Assembly: GCA_038888155.1 (NCBI GenBank)
Contig: JAWAJB010000002.1
Coordinates: 224,001 to 288,000, forward strand
From: Desulfurococcaceae archaeon
GTDB taxonomy: Archaea > Thermoproteota > Thermoprotei_A > Sulfolobales > Desulfurococcaceae
Direction of reading: 5' to 3'
Length of the DNA: 64,000 nucleotides
The translations under genes were made by a program, and so were the position numbers. The notes under the pieces were generated by a model, which saw only the letters and a program-made list of their open reading frames with translations, was not told the origin of the DNA and did no database searches. Shown piece by piece: positions 50,813 to 61,131 of this stretch (positions are counted from its first letter, which is position 1; every line of letters begins with the position of its first letter).

Positions 50813-52282
50813 ATGGAGATCTACTTCTTCAAAATGATACCGCTGGCTATACTACTAATGGGCCATATTCCTAAAGTAAGAGGTAATTCGACTGGTAGCA
50901 TCCTCAGAGTTATTGGCTATTCTCTATTAATGTTTAACATAACTTTCACAAATCCTGTTTCGGATGCGCTGCTATTAGCATCGATTGTTATAGGTGTGGT
51001 TATCACACTTTACACAATGCACTATTCGCGCTTGAAATACAATAAGTTAAACCTGCTCCTCGTAGTCGACCTGTTTACAATATCTATGATATTTGTGTTT
51101 ACGTCAAAGTATCTGTTGGAATTTATAACCTTCTGGCTATTAACCGAGCTTCTCGGTTTCTTCTTGATTGCTTACGACTACATAACAGCCGGAGAGAGGT
51201 TATCAATTTATGCAGCTGTTAAGTATCTATTATTCTCGATGATCCCTACAGATATCTCCCTCTTTATCTTACTTGCCTTAACTGGTTTCAGTGAGGCCTT
51301 TGACACAGAGCTTTTGCTAATTAACCCAATGCTGACCAGTCCATTAATCTCTTTCATAGTTGTTTTAGGATTCTTCTCGAAGGCTGCCGTATTTCCACTT
51401 CATTTCTGGTTACCAGACGCTCACTCTGTAGCCCCTTCGCCCGCATCTGCTCTTTTATCGGGGATAATGGTTAAAATGGGTATTTATGGTCTTTACTTGT
51501 TGACAAATTACAATATAAACAAAGATCTCGTCGTACTAACAATGTTGGTTTTCGGCGGGTTCACAGTTGTATACGGGGCTCTACAAGCAATAGTTCAAAA
51601 AGATATCAAAAGAATTCTAGCATATAGCACCACCTCTAACACTGCCCTCATAACACTTGTATTAGCTCTGTACATGCTCTCCAGCGATCGGGTCTTCCTA
51701 GAGGCGGCAATTCTGTATACCCTTATACACGCTCTCTATAAGTCCGCTCTATTCTTAGATTCGGGTTTTGTTGAGGTACTAACACATCATAGAGATGTAA
51801 ACGAGCTAGGTTATATTTCAAAGATCTATCCGATGGAGACAACTGCTATAATTATTTCGATATTGGTCATATTAGGGTTGCCCCCCTCAATAGGGTTTTT
51901 AGCCAAGGTCTTTCTATTTAGCTCGATATCCAAATATCTCGGCGATTCCTCGATTTACCTGGTAGCCCTCCTAATTGTATCCAGTAAGGTGTTTCTGTCT
52001 ATTATCTACAATGTAGGCTACTTGAGAGCTCACATTGGCGGAGAAATAAAGGATTACATGAAGCTAAATCTAGGCGCATCAACTCTACAGCCCTATGTTC
52101 TAGCATTGGTCTCGATGACTTTTGTAACGACCTTCATTATTATGTTATTTGACTATTCAGGACTTACTGAATTCACAATGCTGAGAAAGTTAACTCCTCC
52201 GTTAATAACTTCGTTCGTTCTACTAGTATTCGCAGGTCTGTTCATATTTAGAGTCCTTATGCCTACCGAAACAAGAGGGTAG
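50813..52282 (+). CDS. Second antiporter-like subunit (MrpA/NuoL core)
   Basis: KAAVFPLHFWLPDAH..APSPASALLSG..VKMG.YG, DIKRILAYST, HALYK and GLPP..GF.AK. Confidence 0.88.
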   Translation: MEIYFFKMIPLAILLMGHIPKVRGNSTGSILRVIGYSLLMFNITFTNPVSDALLLASIVIGVVITLYTMHYSRLKYNKLNLLLVVDLFTISMIFVFTSKYLLEFITFWLLTELLGFFLIAYDYITAGERLSIYAAVKYLLFSMIPTDISLFILLALTGFSEAFDTELLLINPMLTSPLISFIVVLGFFSKAAVFPLHFWLPDAHSVAPSPASALLSGIMVKMGIYGLYLLTNYNINKDLVVLTMLVFGGFTVVYGALQAIVQKDIKRILAYSTTSNTALITLVLALYMLSSDRVFLEAAILYTLIHALYKSALFLDSGFVEVLTHHRDVNELGYISKIYPMETTAIIISILVILGLPPSIGFLAKVFLFSSISKYLGDSSIYLVALLIVSSKVFLSIIYNVGYLRAHIGGEIKDYMKLNLGASTLQPYVLALVSMTFVTTFIIMLFDYSGLTEFTMLRKLTPPLITSFVLLVFAGLFIFRVLMPTETRG

Positions 52283-52289
52283 TAGATCA

Positions 52290-53330
52290 ATGGCTCGTTT
52301 CATAAAAACGTCAGAAAATGTGCAATATGAAGCCATGTTAATCTTAAACTCGTTCATGATATTTATCCTTGTCACTGTAGGGATCCTGCTTGGGGGTCAT
52401 ATTTTCATTGAGTCTGGCTTCAAGCTGTTCATTGTTCATATATTTATAGTAATTTTGGCTGAAAAATTAAAAAGCGTCTATTTGAACTCCCTTCTAGTGC
52501 TGGTGTCCCTACTATCTTTTTATTCTATTGAATTTTTCGAGAAAATTGCCTTGCCCTTTTACGCACTATCTTGCTTGCTGGTTTCATTATTAACAGATGT
52601 CTCTAGGGTTGGAAAAATTGCTACATTCATTTGGTTTTACATATTGACGGCAGTTGTCTTACCCCTGGAATTAGATACCACGGCGAAGTTTACCACATTT
52701 GTTGGCATTTTATTGTTAATAATATTAGCTAAATCGACGACAAGAATAAAGCTAAGATTGCCTAGAGAGAGCATGAATAGAAAGATTTTCCCTCTCCAAA
52801 GAAAGGTACTAGCGCAAACTTTAGTAAGAATCAATAGGAATAAAACGGTAAGCAGGTGTGCACAAGGTCGTCAAGATTTTTACGAGGGTCAAACACAAAC
52901 ATTATCGGAAATGGTTAAATATATTCGTGAAAAAACTAACAAAACTTCTCTTTTCTTCAATGTGGCTCTGCGGAACATTACGAATTTTCTCAAAGAAAAG
53001 CCTACAATTGCTTATTTAGATGCTGATGTTGAAAAATTATTGACAAAGGCAGGTAATTCGCTCGTCAATCACGTATCTCGTTTTGAATTTTACGTCAATA
53101 TTTTCTCTGGAAAAACACTGATCTATATAATAGGGTTATCTTCAAAGTTACTTACAATTGAAGATAAATTCAGCAATAGGTTACAAAGGGCCTCGGTTCG
53201 AGTTGAAGGGCTTCAACACAACGTAGACCAAGCGCTAGTTTACCTGCTTTTCCTTTTGAGTGTTATACTGATGATAACGTTAATATTTTATGTCATATAC
53301 ACCGCGCAAATTATAGGCAATCACTGTTAA
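52290..53330 (+). CDS. Hypothetical membrane protein closing the Mrp operon
   Basis: About five N-terminal TM segments, a long basic soluble region and one C-terminal TM; starts 7 nt after the previous stop. Confidence 0.65.
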   Translation: MARFIKTSENVQYEAMLILNSFMIFILVTVGILLGGHIFIESGFKLFIVHIFIVILAEKLKSVYLNSLLVLVSLLSFYSIEFFEKIALPFYALSCLLVSLLTDVSRVGKIATFIWFYILTAVVLPLELDTTAKFTTFVGILLLIILAKSTTRIKLRLPRESMNRKIFPLQRKVLAQTLVRINRNKTVSRCAQGRQDFYEGQTQTLSEMVKYIREKTNKTSLFFNVALRNITNFLKEKPTIAYLDADVEKLLTKAGNSLVNHVSRFEFYVNIFSGKTLIYIIGLSSKLLTIEDKFSNRLQRASVRVEGLQHNVDQALVYLLFLLSVILMITLIFYVIYTAQIIGNHC

Positions 53331-53332
53331 CG

Positions 53333-53380
53333 CCTAAATACCTAAATACCTAAACCTTATACGATGCATTATACGATGCA
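53333..53380. repeat. Adjacent micro-tandem duplications
   Basis: (CCTAAATA)x2 + CCTAAA, then CC, then (TTATACGATGCA)x2. Confidence 0.85.
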
Positions 53381-53523
53381 CTAGTTGTTTAACTGAACGA
53401 TCACGACAACTTCTAGCTACTGCGAGACACTAAAACATTTGATGGACCGATGTAAAGTGTAAAATACTTTAGCCTTGGTTAGGAATTGTTGTTTTATCGA
53501 ATTGAATTAAATTAAAAAACAAT

Positions 53524-53537
53524 AAAAAGCTTAAATA
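53524..53537 (+). promoter_or_regulatory. BRE/TATA promoter of the APC permease
   Basis: AAAAAG-CTTAAATA upstream of a GGTGA RBS and GTG at 53575. Confidence 0.5.
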
Positions 53538-53574
53538 CTATCTCCCTGAGAATAATTTGTGTGGTGACATAGCA

Positions 53575-54921
53575 GTGACGTCTCAAACTCAGACAAAAAC
53601 AGGTCTAAAACGTGAAGTGAAGTGGTATGTACCAGTAAGTCTAGTTGTAGGCACGCTAGGCTCTACAGGCATTTTCGGACTTATCCCAGCGACATATGAA
53701 ATGGCTGGACCGGGAGCAGCGTTAGTTTGGGTTATAACTCTTCTATGGGGTTTCGTAATTGCAATGCTGTTAGCGTACAACTTTACGATATGGCCTGATA
53801 AAACAGGGGCTGAATATGCTCCAGTGAGAATAGCGCTGGGGAAAGTAGCGGGAGTTATCGCTGGCTGGGGGTTCTTTATATCATGGGGAACTTCAGGTGC
53901 AGTCGCTGGCTTAATTTTAGCGAGATACGTGTTTGGGGCAGGTGCTCCGCCAATACATTCACAATTATTTACATTTGCACTGCTAACAATATTCTTTGCG
54001 CTCAACATGTTCGGAATAAAAATAGCAGGCCTTGCCCAAACTGCCCTGGCAGTGCTCAAGGTAGTCCCATTAGTTATCGTGGGGTTAGCTGCTCTGCCTT
54101 TAATAAACCCTGCAAACTTCTCTCCTTTGTGGATTCCTGGAATAGAGGGTGTCAATGTATCTGATCCTATTGGAGTTTTCAATTTATTCATGGCAACAGC
54201 TTTAATTGCAACCTGGTCTACTTATGCAACGGATATATTCGCCTCCATTGCCTCCGAAGTGGTTGACCCTCAGAAAAGTATCCCCCGCGCAGGCGCAGTG
54301 GCCTCAATTACGTCATTAGTTTACATAGCTTTAATAGCCTTCGGCGCAGTAGGTGTAGTCGGAGAAGGCTTAGCGCAATTGCCGAGACCACTCTTCATTT
54401 TGGGCGAAAGGGCTCTGGGTTCAGCTGGTACAATGCTCCTGTGGATAGCTTTGTTCTTCGGTGCTCTAGGAGTAGTAAATACAGCACTGCTCAGCGGAGC
54501 GCGAATCCTCTATCAAATGGCTGTCGAAGGAGATCTTCCCTCAATTTTTGCTAGAGTAAATAAGTACAATATACCATGGATCAATTTAACAATAATCTAC
54601 ATAATTAACGTGCTTATGCTGTTTTACACTCCGCTATACGTTATTCTAGTTGCCATTGTTCAGGTTCCATGGATGATTACTTGGTTCTTGATAGGTCTAG
54701 CCAATATTAAAATAAGGATGACGCCAAAATGGCATCAGACCGCTGCGTTCAAGGCACCATGGTGGCTTATAATACTAGGCTTCATAGTAAGCGTGTTGAG
54801 CCTATACTTCATTTACTCCTATGGAGTTCTCTACGGATGGTCTGATATCCAGCTAGGTTTTGGCTTCGTTGTATTCGTGTTGATAATATTGGGAATAAAT
54901 GAACTAACTAAACGAAAATAA
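53575..54921 (+). CDS. APC-family amino acid permease
   Basis: LKREV, GSTGIF, GWGFFISW, EVVDPQKSIPRA and ARILYQMA.EG.LP..F; about 12 TM segments. Confidence 0.9.
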   Translation: MTSQTQTKTGLKREVKWYVPVSLVVGTLGSTGIFGLIPATYEMAGPGAALVWVITLLWGFVIAMLLAYNFTIWPDKTGAEYAPVRIALGKVAGVIAGWGFFISWGTSGAVAGLILARYVFGAGAPPIHSQLFTFALLTIFFALNMFGIKIAGLAQTALAVLKVVPLVIVGLAALPLINPANFSPLWIPGIEGVNVSDPIGVFNLFMATALIATWSTYATDIFASIASEVVDPQKSIPRAGAVASITSLVYIALIAFGAVGVVGEGLAQLPRPLFILGERALGSAGTMLLWIALFFGALGVVNTALLSGARILYQMAVEGDLPSIFARVNKYNIPWINLTIIYIINVLMLFYTPLYVILVAIVQVPWMITWFLIGLANIKIRMTPKWHQTAAFKAPWWLIILGFIVSVLSLYFIYSYGVLYGWSDIQLGFGFVVFVLIILGINELTKRK

Positions 54922-55093
54922 TTTTTTGATTGATCCCACTTTAGCCACCGGGGATAAATGTCTCTCGAACTATTTTCAAAGCACTTCTTTCTTTGAGCTC
55001 GTAAATTTTTGGGACAAGTCGCATATTTTTCTTATTTCCTTCTATTTCAAATGTTTTTATTTCCCTGTGCCATCTAGTACTGGGGTGATTGCG

Positions 55094-57016
55094 TTGGTTG
55101 TCAAGAAATTGCAACCTACCGACTTTGAGTACTTCACGTCCTTATCACAAGTTTCGTTGGATCTTACCAATAGATTTGTTGCAGTTACCGCTGTAAAACC
55201 GCTTTTGTCTGCCAATGAGTATAAGAGCTGGATAGAGATCTATGACTTGACTTCTGGTGTTAAAGTTTATGTAAGTGGAGGAACGCGGGATTTTCTTCCC
55301 CGTTGGTCTCCAGACGGTAGACTTTTTTACTTGAGAGTTGCCAGCGACGGCAAACTGAGTATTGTTGAGAGTATCCCAGGCAATGGATCAAGAGAGATAA
55401 TAACTTTGGACAAGCCCCTTAGGGATTATAAGGTGTGCAAAGACGACACCGTGTACGCAATTGTTCAAGACTTTAAGGAGCCATCAGATCTCGAAGTCGT
55501 TTACACTAAGGATTTGCCTATATGGTACGATGGAGCTGGATTCACGCATAATGTTGTCTCAAGGCTTTATAAAATTGACTTGAGATCAGGGCAAATGGAG
55601 GCAATGACAGGGACAGAGTATAATATCACTCACTTATCCCTTAGCAAAAACTGCGACACAGGTGTCGTAAGCATCGCGGAAGATAAGTTAAACCCGTTAG
55701 TATCAAAGTTATACGTTTTTAAGCCGCCAAGTAACGAGTTAGTGCCTATCTTGGATGGAAAGGGGTATTACATAGAAGGAATGGATGTCGAGAAAGATTT
55801 ACTGGCATTCTCAGGTCATAAAATGGAACGAGGCATTACCTCGCACAATAGACTCATACTAGTAGATCTTGTGAAAAACAAAGAGGTCCTTTATGAAGCC
55901 CCGCTTGGAAAAAGCGTTGGCGGAAGGATATACATAGACGTAATTGGGCCTGTAATTAGCTTACCTAGCTTAAAGATACGTGACGGCAGGGTTTACATTG
56001 CAACGAGCGATCGTGGGAGAATTCCCCTGTACATGTGGGATGGCGTATCCTATAGAGAACTTATAGGCGGTAACTTCGTTATCTTAGATTTCGATATTGG
56101 CAACGACTTTGTTGTATTTACGAGATCTGACGATATCTCTCCAGTTGAACTTTATATCTATAGTTTGATCGATGGAAGCATCAAGAAATTGTCTAACTAC
56201 AATGACTGGCTAAGTGAATATAAACTGTCAAAGCCAAAGCACTTCACCTATACTGCAAGCGATGGTGCCTCTATAGATGGTTGGATTATGGAACCTGTAG
56301 AGAAGATGCTAGAGTCTGGTGGAAAGTCTCCCGCAGTTCTTGAAATACACGGAGGACCTAAAAACATGTTTGGATACGCATTCATGTTCGAATACCAATT
56401 ACTTGCAGCCAACGGCTTCTACGTAATTTATTTTAACCCGCGAGGCAGTGACGGGTACTCCGAGGAGTTCGCAGATATAAGATTCAAGTACGGCGAGAGA
56501 GATTACCGGGATATAATAGAGGGCCTAGATTACGTCTTGGAGGTGGAAAATAAAATAGATCCCAACAGGCTTGGAGTAGCTGGGATAAGCTACGGGGGAT
56601 ACATGACAAACTGGATCATAACCCACTCCGATAAATTCAAGACAGCAATATCAGAGGATGGAATTTCATTGTGGGTTGGAGAATACGGGGTTGCCGATAT
56701 AGGATACCTTTTCGTCCCTGACCAAATAGGAGATCCGTTTAATAGCCCAGATCTACTGGCGGCTAAGTCTCCCTTGAGCTATGTAAAAAACATTAAAACA
56801 CCAGTCCTCTTTATTCATGGACTCAGCGATTATAGATGCTACTTAGAACAAGCGCTAGTTATGTATACAGCGTTGAGACATTTGGGCAGGGAGTGCGCTA
56901 TTGCTCTATTTAGAGATGGCTCTCATGCCTTCAGCATGGTTGGAAAACCAAAATTGAGGCTTAAGAGATATCAAGTCATATTAAATTGGCTTGAAAAGTA
57001 TTTGAAGAAAAACTAA
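55094..57016 (+). CDS. S9-family serine peptidase (acylaminoacyl-peptidase-like)
   Basis: Beta-propeller with WSPDG, IHGGP, GISYGG nucleophile, D(YRC) and H(AFS). TTG 55094 follows a GGGGTGA RBS. Confidence 0.93.
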   Translation: MVVKKLQPTDFEYFTSLSQVSLDLTNRFVAVTAVKPLLSANEYKSWIEIYDLTSGVKVYVSGGTRDFLPRWSPDGRLFYLRVASDGKLSIVESIPGNGSREIITLDKPLRDYKVCKDDTVYAIVQDFKEPSDLEVVYTKDLPIWYDGAGFTHNVVSRLYKIDLRSGQMEAMTGTEYNITHLSLSKNCDTGVVSIAEDKLNPLVSKLYVFKPPSNELVPILDGKGYYIEGMDVEKDLLAFSGHKMERGITSHNRLILVDLVKNKEVLYEAPLGKSVGGRIYIDVIGPVISLPSLKIRDGRVYIATSDRGRIPLYMWDGVSYRELIGGNFVILDFDIGNDFVVFTRSDDISPVELYIYSLIDGSIKKLSNYNDWLSEYKLSKPKHFTYTASDGASIDGWIMEPVEKMLESGGKSPAVLEIHGGPKNMFGYAFMFEYQLLAANGFYVIYFNPRGSDGYSEEFADIRFKYGERDYRDIIEGLDYVLEVENKIDPNRLGVAGISYGGYMTNWIITHSDKFKTAISEDGISLWVGEYGVADIGYLFVPDQIGDPFNSPDLLAAKSPLSYVKNIKTPVLFIHGLSDYRCYLEQALVMYTALRHLGRECAIALFRDGSHAFSMVGKPKLRLKRYQVILNWLEKYLKKN

Positions 57017-57095
57017 TCTCTCATTGGAGTTTTCAAGAGACTCGATGAATGATTGCATAAAAAATAAAAAGCTAATTTTTAGGTTATTAAGCCCC

Positions 57096-58769
57096 CTACT
57101 TCTTGGTTATTAGTTCAAATAAAATTACTCCGCCTTCATACCTATTAATAGTTATACCTGTGTACTCAGAACGCCAAGCTAGCGCGCTCACTGGTTGATA
57201 TAGAGGTATCCAAGGTGCATTGTCTATTAATATTTTTGTAGCCCCATCAATATATGTCTGCCTTTTACTTGGATCAACTGTTGTTGCAATTTGTAATAGT
57301 AGGTTATCTAGTTCAGGACTTGAGAACTTGGTCCATCGCACAAAACTAGAATGGAAGAGCATCATTAGTATTGTCGGATCTTCGAATCCCCATGCAAAGA
57401 AGGATATATAGAAATCGCCCATGGCTATCTTAGGTATAGCTGGTGCCTGCTCTAAAGTCTCTATGTTCAGTTTTATTCCTGCCCGACTTAATACACCAGT
57501 TATGTATTCAGCTTCTTCAGTACTTACAACGCCCATGGGGAATAATAGGGGAAACTCGAACTTTGTACCATTGATATATTCTAATATTCCATCACCATCG
57601 CGGTCCTCCCATCCCGCCTCTTTTAATAGTTCTTGCGCTTTCGATATTCTTTGAGAAAGTGGTAGGTTGTAGTAGCTTTGTTCTTTCGCGTACTGTTCAA
57701 GCGCTGGGTTATAACCGATCATTGTCGTGTGAAGAGGTCCCCATATGGGGATTACTAAATTGTGTAGAATATTGCTTATATCTCCTCTTGTATCGGTGCC
57801 TCCCAATATTATTGAAATTGCCCGCCGAACCTTTACATCACTAAATGGCCACTTTTCGCAGTTAAATATCATCTGAACGTGTCCACTAGATGGATACGTA
57901 ACAACGACAATGTCTGTGTTATTTCTTGCAACTAGCTGAGAGAATAGCTCTTGCGGGACAGGTATCAAGTCTACATCGCCAGCTAGTAATGCTGATACAA
58001 GTGCTGCAGGATCTCTAATAAATTTCAGCATGATCCTCTTAATGGGTACTGGGCCTTCTCCTCCAATATCAGGCCTTCTTAAATAGTATTGGTTTCGCTC
58101 GTAGATTATATAATCGCCGGCTCTCCACTCAACGACGTAGAAAGGTCCTGTACTCAACGCTTTTCTACCAAAATTTGCGTCTCCAACTATATTAATATAT
58201 GAAGGACTTAGTGGAGTAAAGAAATCCCAAGTTAGTGAGAGTAAGACTGGACCATACGGCATAGTAAACACTAGCTTAGCCGTGAGCTCATCAACTACTT
58301 CAACTCTTTCAAGTTGTCCGAATACACCTAGTACAGGAGCTCTTTTGCTTAGTAATCTCTCATATGTATACTTAATAGCAGTGGAGTTGACCGGCGTCCC
58401 ATCAGCAAATTTTAAATTAGGTTTAAGCTTGATATACACTACTTTTCCTTCTTCCTCGAACCACACCGCATCGGCAAGGTAATTAATGAGACTTCCATTG
58501 CGCCAATCGCGAGCAAGATAAGTTCCATGCAGGACAAGATAACCAGGCAGGTGAATGCCAGCGGCAACGTGAGGATCGAGAGTGTCAGGCTCGACGTTAT
58601 AGCCGATTCTAAATAGTTCTATTTCTTTCGGCGTTGGGGTAGTTGTTGGGCTTGTAGTAGGCGTAGATGGCTGGAGTGGAGGTAATAACGCAGTCGAAGC
58701 TATTATGGCTATAATAACAACCACTACTAATATTATTCCAAAATATAATGTTTTCGAGATCCCCCTCAT
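57096..58769 (-). CDS. dppA: Peptide ABC substrate-binding protein (paralog of 2464-4149)
   Basis: Same architecture and many identical blocks (LERVEVVD, KFIRDPA, GWEDRDGDGILEY.NGTKFEFPLL, AWRSEYTG). Confidence 0.92.
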   Translation of the reverse strand: MRGISKTLYFGIILVVVVIIAIIASTALLPPLQPSTPTTSPTTTPTPKEIELFRIGYNVEPDTLDPHVAAGIHLPGYLVLHGTYLARDWRNGSLINYLADAVWFEEEGKVVYIKLKPNLKFADGTPVNSTAIKYTYERLLSKRAPVLGVFGQLERVEVVDELTAKLVFTMPYGPVLLSLTWDFFTPLSPSYINIVGDANFGRKALSTGPFYVVEWRAGDYIIYERNQYYLRRPDIGGEGPVPIKRIMLKFIRDPAALVSALLAGDVDLIPVPQELFSQLVARNNTDIVVVTYPSSGHVQMIFNCEKWPFSDVKVRRAISIILGGTDTRGDISNILHNLVIPIWGPLHTTMIGYNPALEQYAKEQSYYNLPLSQRISKAQELLKEAGWEDRDGDGILEYINGTKFEFPLLFPMGVVSTEEAEYITGVLSRAGIKLNIETLEQAPAIPKIAMGDFYISFFAWGFEDPTILMMLFHSSFVRWTKFSSPELDNLLLQIATTVDPSKRQTYIDGATKILIDNAPWIPLYQPVSALAWRSEYTGITINRYEGGVILFELITKK

Positions 58770-58966
58770 CCTAACACCTTAATCAGATAAATATTAAGAG
58801 GACGAACTTAAAAAGTCGCTCTAGGATTTCCATTTTTAATTACTTTAGGGGGTTAAATAGAAGTAGAGAAAGGGCTTGGTAAATCTACTTTCTTGCCCAG
58901 TACTCCCTTTTGATAGTCGACCTAAATCCCACAATGATTGTAGCTGATTATGTGCCCGATCAACAA

Positions 58967-59854
58967 CTATTCAACTCGCGTACGAGGGTTTAACAGATCT
59001 GTCAACACATCCCCCAATAGATTCAAGCTTAGAACAGTTAGTACTAAAAATGCCCCAGGAAACGCGATTATCCAGGGTGCGATGAACAGGTATCGCCAGC
59101 CTTCTGACATAATAACGCCCCATTCTGGTGTTGGGGGTTGAAGTCCCAATCCAATAAAGCTTAGGGCTGCGCTAACCCTCATTGCATCCGGCACTGTTAG
59201 CACGAACAGAACAATTATGTCGGGGAAGAGATTCGGCAGCAAGTGTTTAAACATTACTGAGAGGGAATTCATTCCAAGAGCTTTTATGTACTTAATAAAT
59301 GCCATCTCTCTAAGAACCATTGTTTTAGCTCTAGTTACCCTGGCAAATGGTATCCACATGAGTAGTGCAAGAACTAATATTAAGTTCAATAATCCTGGAC
59401 CCAAGGTAGCAGCTAAAGCTAATGCAATTACGATTGTGGGAAAAGACCAAATGGCCTCGGTTATCTTGCCTATAATGATATCTGATAGACCGCCCATATA
59501 CCCAGATATTAAGCCCAATAAAACTCCTATGGTAGTTGTGCAGACAGATATTGTCAAGCTAAGGAGCAGGGTTATACGACTTCCATATATAACCCTAGAG
59601 AAGACGTCCCGCCCTAGGCCATCTGTTCCAAATAAATGCTTTGAACTAGGTGGTTGCAATCGCCGGGATATGTCCTGATCATTATAATGGTAAGGAGCCA
59701 GAATATCTGCAGCAATTGATAACATAATAATACTAGCTAGTGTAATTATCCCAATCAGGCCTTTCCTATTTTTTAACAACAACATAGCCACACTCTCACT
59801 TTGACTTAAGCTTTTTTTATAGTTCTTCTGCTTTTGAGCAGCTAATTGTAGCAC
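58967..59854 (-). CDS. dppC: Peptide ABC permease DppC
   Basis: HLFGTDGLGRDVFSRVIYG and GLGLQPPTPEWG. Confidence 0.93.
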   Translation of the reverse strand: MLQLAAQKQKNYKKSLSQSESVAMLLLKNRKGLIGIITLASIIMLSIAADILAPYHYNDQDISRRLQPPSSKHLFGTDGLGRDVFSRVIYGSRITLLLSLTISVCTTTIGVLLGLISGYMGGLSDIIIGKITEAIWSFPTIVIALALAATLGPGLLNLILVLALLMWIPFARVTRAKTMVLREMAFIKYIKALGMNSLSVMFKHLLPNLFPDIIVLFVLTVPDAMRVSAALSFIGLGLQPPTPEWGVIMSEGWRYLFIAPWIIAFPGAFLVLTVLSLNLLGDVLTDLLNPRTRVE

Positions 59855-59858
59855 AATA

Positions 59859-60782
59859 TCACCCGACTCTTAGCCTTGGATCTAATACTGCCATCAACAG
59901 ATCGCCGAGTACATTACAGATGATAACCAAGACTGTAATTACGAACGTTACTGCCTGTACCACCGGAAAGTCCGATTTATATATTGATACTACGAGCAAT
60001 GACCCTAGTCCAGGCCAGCCAAATATGTACTCTGTTACTACTGCCCCTCCTAAAAGCCAGGGCACATTCAAAATAGCAAGCGCCACAATAGGCAGTAATG
60101 CATTTTTCATGGCGTGTCGAACTATTACTAGCCGTTCCCTCAATCCCTTTGCTCTAGCTGTCCTTATGTAGTCCTGTTGAAAAACTTCGATCATGTTTGC
60201 GCGAGTTAGCTTAGCATAACCTGCGGACATAGGCACCACCAATGATAACACGGGAAGCCACAGTCTCGATGATAGATCTTGAGCAGTTGTAGAGTATAAT
60301 TTAAGCCATGCCCCGAAAACCCAGAGAAACATGATAGCCAACCAGAAGTAAGGTATCGAAAAAAAGAACACAATGATCGAGCTAATAATTGTGTCAAGCT
60401 TAGTGGAGTGTTTAATTGCCATCAGTATACCAAGTAGTACTCCAGTGCCAAGCGATATTAAGAAAGCGGTGCCAGTAAGTAGGATTGTTGGAGCAATTCG
60501 CTCGCGTAACAACATGGATACAGGGAGCCTATTAACATATGAAAATCCAAACTCTCCTCTTAGGACCCTAGAAAACCACGTAATGTACTGAACAATAAAC
60601 GGTTGATCAAGACCAAGTTCTTTTCTAAGCGATTCTATTAGCTCGGGCGTTGCCCACTCCCTGAGAATAATCCTTACAGGATCTCCAGAAATGTACATTA
60701 GCGCAAATACTAAGAAGGTAACTCCAATAAGGACTGGAAACGACGCAAGTAACTTTTTGGCTATATAAGTTGCTAAACTCAT
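59859..60782 (-). CDS. dppB: Peptide ABC permease DppB
   Basis: LGLDQPFIVQY, DYIRTARAKGL, GGAVVTEYIFGWPGLG and LDPR; ATG 60782. Confidence 0.93.
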   Translation of the reverse strand: MSLATYIAKKLLASFPVLIGVTFLVFALMYISGDPVRIILREWATPELIESLRKELGLDQPFIVQYITWFSRVLRGEFGFSYVNRLPVSMLLRERIAPTILLTGTAFLISLGTGVLLGILMAIKHSTKLDTIISSIIVFFFSIPYFWLAIMFLWVFGAWLKLYSTTAQDLSSRLWLPVLSLVVPMSAGYAKLTRANMIEVFQQDYIRTARAKGLRERLVIVRHAMKNALLPIVALAILNVPWLLGGAVVTEYIFGWPGLGSLLVVSIYKSDFPVVQAVTFVITVLVIICNVLGDLLMAVLDPRLRVG

Positions 60783-61131
60783 GCCTTTATGTCCTCTCCA
60801 ATGTGTTGTCCCACAAAATGATTTTAGATTGTACCACACCTAAAAAGCGTTTTATTGCTTTTTGCTGCTAAACCAAGTATTTCCTATCAATTAATGGTTA
60901 TGCCCAGCAATCTACACTTTAATTCTTTACATGAGGACCTTCGCTATAAATAAGCTATAAGCTTATCATATTGAGGCGGAACCCTGGTTATCACTACAAT
61001 GTTATGCTACGAAATCACTTATACGAACGGTTTTCCAGGTTCGCAGTATCATCTTGCATCACTTAGTCAGATGAAAAAGTTTATAATTTCTCATTCCCAC
61101 ACATTATATAGATGGAGGTAGATGGCGATTT

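Noticed and set aside
54926-55093. N-terminal extension of the S9 peptidase ORF
   Set aside because: Phe-rich translation of T-rich intergenic DNA; a clear RBS and TTG lie at 55082-55096.
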